Shown here: one piece after another, positions 58,495 to 64,000 of the stretch
How the letters are laid out: every line of letters starts with the position of its first letter
Position numbering within the stretch: position 1 is the first letter of the stretch
Origin: Myxococcota bacterium
Lineage (GTDB): Bacteria > Myxococcota_A > Bradymonadia > UBA7976 > UBA1532
Length of the DNA: 64,000 nt
Direction: 5' to 3'
NCBI GenBank assembly: GCA_036337435.1
Contig: JAYZEG010000095.1
Coordinates: 1-64,000, forward strand
Notes under the pieces: model-generated
Told to the model about the DNA's origin: nothing
The model's database searches: none
What the model saw: the letters and a program-made list of their open reading frames with translations, nothing else
Program-made: the position numbers and the translations under genes

Positions 58495-61095
58495 ATGACA
58501 GAGAGTTCTGCGGCCGCCACGAACGCACTTGTCATTGTGGAATCACCCACAAAGGCCAAGACCATCCGACGATACCTAGGCGATGGGTTTACCGTTGAAG
58601 CTTCCATGGGGCACGTCCGTGATTTACCGTCATCTGCAGCAGACTTGCCTGCCGCAGCGCGAGGCCAACCTTGGGCCCGCTTGGCTGTCGATGTCGCCAA
58701 CGGCTTTCAGCCACTGTACGTGGTACCAAGTGATAAGAAAAAAATCGTGTCCGAGCTCAGAAAAGCTCTCAAAGGCAAGGATGTTCTCTACCTCGCAACC
58801 GATGAAGACCGCGAAGGCGAAGCCATTGGCTGGCATCTTGTTCAGTTGCTTAAGCCCAAAGTTCCCACCCATCGACTCGTTTTCCATGAGATCACCAAAG
58901 ACGCCATCAAAAGAGCCATCGACACACCGCGTGAGCTCAACGAGCATGTTGTGCAAGCCCAGGAAGCACGCCGTGTCCTCGACCGACTGGTCGGTTATGA
59001 AATTTCACCACTTCTGTGGAAAAAAGTCGCACCGGGCTTGTCAGCAGGACGTGTCCAAAGCGTAGCGGTCCGTCTCCTGGTGCTCCGAGAACGTGAACGT
59101 CAGCGGTTCGTGACCAGCACGTGGTGGGATCTTCGAGCGAAGTTTGCCGCCGATAACAAGGTCTTTGATAGCAACCTGGTCGCGGTCAACGACCTTCCGA
59201 TCGCCACCGGTCGGTCCTTCGATGAGACGACAGGCGAACTGAAGACTGGTCTCAATGTGCGGTTGTTGGCAGAGTCCGACGCGCAAGCACTCAAGGCGCG
59301 CATCTTGAAGCAACCCTTCGCCGTGAGCGATATTGAGCGCAAAGTACAGGCGCGACGCCCGTATCCACCGTTTACAACGTCGACGCTACAGCAAGAGGCC
59401 AATCGGAAGCTTGGATTTGGTGCAAAACGAACGATGCAAGTTGCACAGCGCCTTTATGAAAATGGACATATCACGTACATGCGAACCGACTCCGTGAACT
59501 TGTCGGAAGAGGCGATTAGCGCCGTGAGAAGCATGGTGAGTCGCCGCTACGGTGATGAACTCCTTTCGCCAAAGCCAAGACGCTTCACGACCAAAGCGAA
59601 GGGAGCCCAAGAAGCGCATGAGGCTATCCGGCCGGCGGGTACATCGATGGCGACCTCGAAAGAGCTTCAGCTGGCCAGCGATGAGGGCAAGCTGTACGAC
59701 CTGATTTGGAAGCGCACTGTATCGACGCAAATGGCCGATGCGAAGATCGCATTGACCACCGCAAAAATCAGCGTGACTGACCCCGAAACCAAGCAGCAAT
59801 TGACGTTCAGGGCATCAGGCCGTGAGGTTGTCTTCCCGGGTTTCTTCAGAGCCTACGTTGAAGGGTCGGACGATCCAGATGCAGTGTTGGAAGATAAAGA
59901 CCAGCCACTGCCAACACTGACTGTCGGACAGGGGTTAGATTGCCGCGACCTCGATGCCCATGGGCATGAAACCCGTCCTCCGTCGCGATACTCTGTCGCA
60001 TCTCTTGTCAAGGCACTGGAGACCCAAGGGATCGGGCGTCCGAGCACCTACGCCAGTATCATTGAGACCATTCAAAAACGTGGATATGTTCGGGATGAAC
60101 GAAAGCAATTAATCCCCACGTTCACGGCGATTGCCGTCACCCAATTACTCGAGGAAACACTCGGCCAGGTCATTGATGTCGAATTCACAGCGTCAATGGA
60201 GGCGTGGCTTGATGAGGTAGCCATTGGCAAAGACGCGCAGGAGTATTTAGGGGCCTTCTACCATGAACAGCTGCTCAATTGCATTGAACAGGGCAAAGAG
60301 ATTGACCCGCGTTCTGTATGCACACTTCGAAATGAGCGGATACAGCCCTATCGAATTCGGGTTGGTAAGTTTGGCCCATTCATCGAGTACGATGTTGAGG
60401 GAGAAGAGAAGGCGCGCATTGTCAATCTACCTGATGACGCGGCCCCAGCCGATGTGAATTTGGAGTTCATCGAACAACTTCGAGCGGATGCTTTGAAGGC
60501 TGAGCAGCCCATCGGTATCGATCCCGAAACCGGACTCAATGTGTATGTTCGCAAAGGTCGCTTTGGGCCCTATGTGCAACTGGGTGAACAGGGCGAAGGC
60601 AAGGAAAAGCCGCGTCGAGCCAGTTTATTGCCCGGGCTGACACCTGCCGATATCGACCTGGAATTGGGTCTGAAGCTGCTTACGCTCCCGCGCGAGGTTG
60701 GGCGCCATCCCGATGATAACGAGCCCATTATGGCCAACGTCGGCCGATATGGACCCTACGTGCAACACTTGCGGACATTTGCGTCTGTCAAAGCGCCGGA
60801 GTCGATTCTCGAGATTGGCTTGGATAGGGCACTGGTGCTTTTAGCCGAACGGGCCAAACAGACCAAAAAAGCAGAGCCCCTGCGCACCCTAGGCGTCCAT
60901 CCCGATGATGAAACACCAGTTGTGGTGATGGATGGTCGATATGGACCTTACGTCAAACACAAACGAACCAATGCTACACTGCCCGACGGGGTTGGTATCG
61001 ATGCGGTGACCTTAGAACAGGCCCTTGAGCTTCTTGCCGCGAAGGCTAAAAAAGGCCGCTCAAAGGGCGGCCGTCGTCGCGCAAAAAAATCGTAG
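58495..61095 (+). CDS. topA: DNA topoisomerase I (type IA)
   Basis: IVESPTKAKTI, ATDEDREGE, SAGRVQS, ITYMRTDS, AHEAIRP and C-terminal GR(F/Y)GPY repeats. ATG 58495 follows GGAG. Confidence 0.98.
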   Translation: MTESSAAATNALVIVESPTKAKTIRRYLGDGFTVEASMGHVRDLPSSAADLPAAARGQPWARLAVDVANGFQPLYVVPSDKKKIVSELRKALKGKDVLYLATDEDREGEAIGWHLVQLLKPKVPTHRLVFHEITKDAIKRAIDTPRELNEHVVQAQEARRVLDRLVGYEISPLLWKKVAPGLSAGRVQSVAVRLLVLRERERQRFVTSTWWDLRAKFAADNKVFDSNLVAVNDLPIATGRSFDETTGELKTGLNVRLLAESDAQALKARILKQPFAVSDIERKVQARRPYPPFTTSTLQQEANRKLGFGAKRTMQVAQRLYENGHITYMRTDSVNLSEEAISAVRSMVSRRYGDELLSPKPRRFTTKAKGAQEAHEAIRPAGTSMATSKELQLASDEGKLYDLIWKRTVSTQMADAKIALTTAKISVTDPETKQQLTFRASGREVVFPGFFRAYVEGSDDPDAVLEDKDQPLPTLTVGQGLDCRDLDAHGHETRPPSRYSVASLVKALETQGIGRPSTYASIIETIQKRGYVRDERKQLIPTFTAIAVTQLLEETLGQVIDVEFTASMEAWLDEVAIGKDAQEYLGAFYHEQLLNCIEQGKEIDPRSVCTLRNERIQPYRIRVGKFGPFIEYDVEGEEKARIVNLPDDAAPADVNLEFIEQLRADALKAEQPIGIDPETGLNVYVRKGRFGPYVQLGEQGEGKEKPRRASLLPGLTPADIDLELGLKLLTLPREVGRHPDDNEPIMANVGRYGPYVQHLRTFASVKAPESILEIGLDRALVLLAERAKQTKKAEPLRTLGVHPDDETPVVVMDGRYGPYVKHKRTNATLPDGVGIDAVTLEQALELLAAKAKKGRSKGGRRRAKKS

Positions 61096-62766
61096 GCTCA
61101 CTGACTCCGAGGTCCCGCTCACTTGAACTCGGCTGTCTTGGAGCGGACAGAGAACGCTGAGCAGTCGAAAGGGCAGCGTGATGAAGTGGGACCCATCGTC
61201 ACTCTGCACGTCGTCTTGCCAATAAGTCCTGACAGAGGCCAGCGCGTCTTTGTCTACAGTTGGGCCCGATATGGTCAGACGAATTTCAGTTTCATCCGGT
61301 TCATCAATCACCTTGATCTGCACTGTTCCGCCCGTGAGACAGTCTCTGAGTACACCCATGCATAACGCGAGTGCTCTCGCGGTTTGCGTAGCGTCGATGG
61401 TGAGCCGATTTGCATCCGGGTCACCCGTTGCATCCTGGGTGTTAATCACGACGCTGATTCGACCGAGGGGATCGTCTCTATATTGCTCCTTAAGCATGCT
61501 GAGGACAGCATTGACAGAGCACGCTCTGATCCGTAGAGCAGCCACATCTGAATGAACGGCCAAATCCTTACGAGTTCCGTCCAATTTAGATAGGTCAAGA
61601 AGGGCCAGTATAAACCTGAGAAGCGTGTCGCCCCGATGCCAAATTTCAAGAATTTCTTTGCGTTGAGTTTCATTTATTGGGCCTTCAATTTCGTTCACCA
61701 ACAACTCAGAGAATCCTAGGATGCTGTTCAGGGGGCTTTTCAGTTCGTGGCTGATATGCGCTAAAAATCGGTTTTTTTGAGTCTCAGCTTCCCGGCGTTT
61801 TTTCGCTGCGCTTGCGATCTGGTTTTGCTGCCGTCTAAAGCCATCGGCCGCCCTCTCAAAATCAGAAAAGATCTCTGCACATTCTTTGAGACCTACGGAG
61901 GTTTTCCGAGCATCAACCGGGGCGGGCTGCTCCACTCTCGCCAAAGCTGCTGTGATGGCTTTCAAGTCAGTGGCGACATCGTCCGCGATGGCTCGGCATG
62001 TGCGGTATGAGAAGAAGAGAATGCCGAGCACCAACAAGAACGCTGTCGAGTCGAAAGATGACGACTCCAAACCGCTGACCAATGGCACGGACTGTTGAGG
62101 CATTTGGATTCGGACATTGGCAGCCAGTTCTTTTTCCGCGCGTCGCGCAACGGTTGCATGCATTGTCCTAAACGTTGTTTCTATCTCTTCGACACTGTTG
62201 GTGTCGCTCAAATGCTGAACGAGAACCATGCCGAGCCCACACATGACGACGGGCAGCTGTATCACAAAGACCATGCGCATTCGAATGGTCTGCCGCACCC
62301 CACCCAGTGTACGTGTTCCAGGTTGGCCCTGTGTCATGGGACGCAATAGTCGTCGGAGCCAAAGGTAGAGCAACAGATTGGGTAAGGTTGTGATGAGGTA
62401 GGTGAGGACACCCGTTGCGATTGCCTCACCAAGGTCTCTTGACCTCATGGATTGAAGCACGGTGATGAGAATTGCCGCGACCAAGGCACCAACGAAACAG
62501 AAACGCATCACGCTGAACGGATAAGAATACGCGGCGGCGCGGCTGGCATTGGAGTCTGCCCCTGACTCGAGACCCGTTTTTTGGGGAGTGGTCCAGACGA
62601 TGAGAAGTAGTGCCGCGAAAAAACCAAAGCCGCACAACGCAAATTGTGTTGTCGCGTCGAATTGGTCTCCTGGTACGACATAACCCAAAATCATGGAGGT
62701 CAGGGTGACGGAGACGGAGATCCAGGTGAAAATCCATAATCGCAATGTGGTCATGGACCGATTCAT
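61060..62766 (-). CDS. Membrane sensor histidine kinase-like protein with intact H-box and degenerate ATPase domain
   Basis: About 6 TM helices; FLAHISHELKSPLNSILGF; no N, G1 or G2 boxes in the C-terminal domain. Confidence 0.85.
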   Translation of the reverse strand: MNRSMTTLRLWIFTWISVSVTLTSMILGYVVPGDQFDATTQFALCGFGFFAALLLIVWTTPQKTGLESGADSNASRAAAYSYPFSVMRFCFVGALVAAILITVLQSMRSRDLGEAIATGVLTYLITTLPNLLLYLWLRRLLRPMTQGQPGTRTLGGVRQTIRMRMVFVIQLPVVMCGLGMVLVQHLSDTNSVEEIETTFRTMHATVARRAEKELAANVRIQMPQQSVPLVSGLESSSFDSTAFLLVLGILFFSYRTCRAIADDVATDLKAITAALARVEQPAPVDARKTSVGLKECAEIFSDFERAADGFRRQQNQIASAAKKRREAETQKNRFLAHISHELKSPLNSILGFSELLVNEIEGPINETQRKEILEIWHRGDTLLRFILALLDLSKLDGTRKDLAVHSDVAALRIRACSVNAVLSMLKEQYRDDPLGRISVVINTQDATGDPDANRLTIDATQTARALALCMGVLRDCLTGGTVQIKVIDEPDETEIRLTISGPTVDKDALASVRTYWQDDVQSDDGSHFITLPFRLLSVLCPLQDSRVQVSGTSESVSLRFFCATTAAL

Positions 62767-63998
62767 GCCGTGCCTCCCGAACCGGGTTCGAGCGGTAAAA
62801 GTAGATGAAAATTACTGCCTTCCCCCTCAACGGAGACGACCCATAATTTGCCATCGTGGCGATCCACTAAGCGCTTAGCAATTGCCAATCCTAACCCCGT
62901 GCCAGGTCGATCTCTTTGCTCGCTCACGCGATAGAATTCGTCGAAGATTGTTTCCTGTTCGGCCGAGGGGATACCCGGTCCGCTATCCCAAACCGAAACA
63001 TGGACGGCCGCACGCCCATCGTCGAAATGATCTCTAATGGTGGTGACTCGAACGTATCCGGAATCTGTATACTTGAAGGCATTTTCAATGAGGTTACTCA
63101 AGACTTGAGTAATTCGTTTTCGATCTGCATGGACCAATGGAACATCATCTGCCGCTGCGATTTCGGCCTTGATTGTTGGCTTTGCGCGGTCTGCCAAGCG
63201 GGTCATCACCTCTGTTGCTAATTCATTCATGTCAAAGGCATTGATATCCAATGGGATATCCTGCCAGTGATCGAGTTCCGATAGCATGAGAATGTCTCGG
63301 ACGTGATCGTTTAATTGTTCAGCCGCTTGGTCTATGACCGCCAAATCGTTTAGTTGATCTTGATTGAGGGTTTGAGCCGCGAGCTCCGTGCAGCTCTGCC
63401 GAATCGACCGGAGTGGTTCTTGTAATTCATCGCTTGCCGAGCGCAGAAAAATATTTTGAGCTTCATTGCTCTGAGCGGCCAAGTTTAATTCTCTGAGCAG
63501 GGCGCGTTGAACCGTTGTGTGGACCTGCATTCTATCGTTTAGATGCGTGGCGAGGTCGCCGGCCTCATCGTTTCCGGGTATCGGAATTCCACCCATGCTG
63601 CCTCCGTATCGCACGGGTGTGCCCGACGACGCCGGCACCGAGACATTACCTAGACGCTTAAGACCATCTGAGATCGACCGAAGTGTGTTGCGGATTTCAA
63701 GGGCTGCAAGCCAAGCCGCGAGCGGTGAGCCGAAGAGCAGGGCTATCAAAAACACCAGCGAGAATGCAAACTCTGGTGCTGTCGCCGGTGGTGACAGCGT
63801 GCCGGAGACGCCAAGCCAAAGAACCGCATCTTGATAGGGTCTTGTGACAATATGCCATCGACTCCCATCAGGGCTTAGTGCATAAAAGCCATAGGCGGTT
63901 GGCTCCATTCTATCGCTGGCACCGAGCCAACTCGGGACGTCGTTATTTTTGACCAGTTCGGGAAAGATGAATTCTGTTCGGCGCCAGATGGAGAGAAT
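62763..63998 (-). CDS. Membrane sensor histidine kinase-like protein (5'-truncated) with intact ATPase domain but no phospho-acceptor His
   Basis: Frame stays open from 63908 to the window end. TM and HAMP-like linker; H-box reads SASDELQEPL; NLIENAFKY, DSGPGI, IFDEF and GTGLGL are present. Confidence 0.88.
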   Translation of the reverse strand: MLSIWRRTEFIFPELVKNNDVPSWLGASDRMEPTAYGFYALSPDGSRWHIVTRPYQDAVLWLGVSGTLSPPATAPEFAFSLVFLIALLFGSPLAAWLAALEIRNTLRSISDGLKRLGNVSVPASSGTPVRYGGSMGGIPIPGNDEAGDLATHLNDRMQVHTTVQRALLRELNLAAQSNEAQNIFLRSASDELQEPLRSIRQSCTELAAQTLNQDQLNDLAVIDQAAEQLNDHVRDILMLSELDHWQDIPLDINAFDMNELATEVMTRLADRAKPTIKAEIAAADDVPLVHADRKRITQVLSNLIENAFKYTDSGYVRVTTIRDHFDDGRAAVHVSVWDSGPGIPSAEQETIFDEFYRVSEQRDRPGTGLGLAIAKRLVDRHDGKLWVVSVEGEGSNFHLLLPLEPGSGGTA

Positions 63999-64000
63999 CC

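Noticed and set aside
1..64000. Prophage, IS elements, integrases, defence systems, rRNA or tRNA genes
   Set aside because: No such motifs were recognised by eye; short RNAs could have been missed without covariance searches.

Overview
Gene-dense bacterial chromosomal window of moderate GC, standard genetic code. The inferred source is a Myxococcota-like deltaproteobacterium, based on a MYXO-CTERM-like motif, many Cys-rich lipoproteins and MopE-type repeats. The left ~40 kb is mostly accessory and secreted-protein genes. These include the 3' part of a giant 8-Cys-repeat protein, a desaturase/HMA-thioredoxin/outer-membrane operon, hflKC, a YHYH lipoprotein, a protease-lectin fusion, an MMPL/RND exporter, a multi-heme cytochrome/MOSC operon and a PHM-like copper monooxygenase. 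The right ~24 kb is mostly housekeeping: rbgA, msrB, yaeQ, an M18 peptidase, iscS-thiI, hemW-grpE-dnaK-dnaJ, ampG, moxR and topA. Strongest novel signals: (1) a gene truncated by the ORF track, 8132..9163, with a signal peptide followed by two in-frame TGA codons in a U-x-x-U motif and a SECIS-like hairpin, i.e. a candidate exported di-selenocysteine protein coupled to an HMA+thioredoxin lipoprotein; (2) two coupled, reciprocally defective histidine kinases, one with the His but no ATPase motifs and one with the ATPase motifs but His->Asp; (3) a 1172-aa ORF resembling a polyprotein, with an internal MYXO-CTERM followed by a second lipoprotein signal; (4) an unrecognised 5-heme cytochrome pair coupled to a MOSC gene. 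No rRNA, tRNA, CRISPR array or mobile element was recognised. All calls come from reading motifs by eye; no searches were run.
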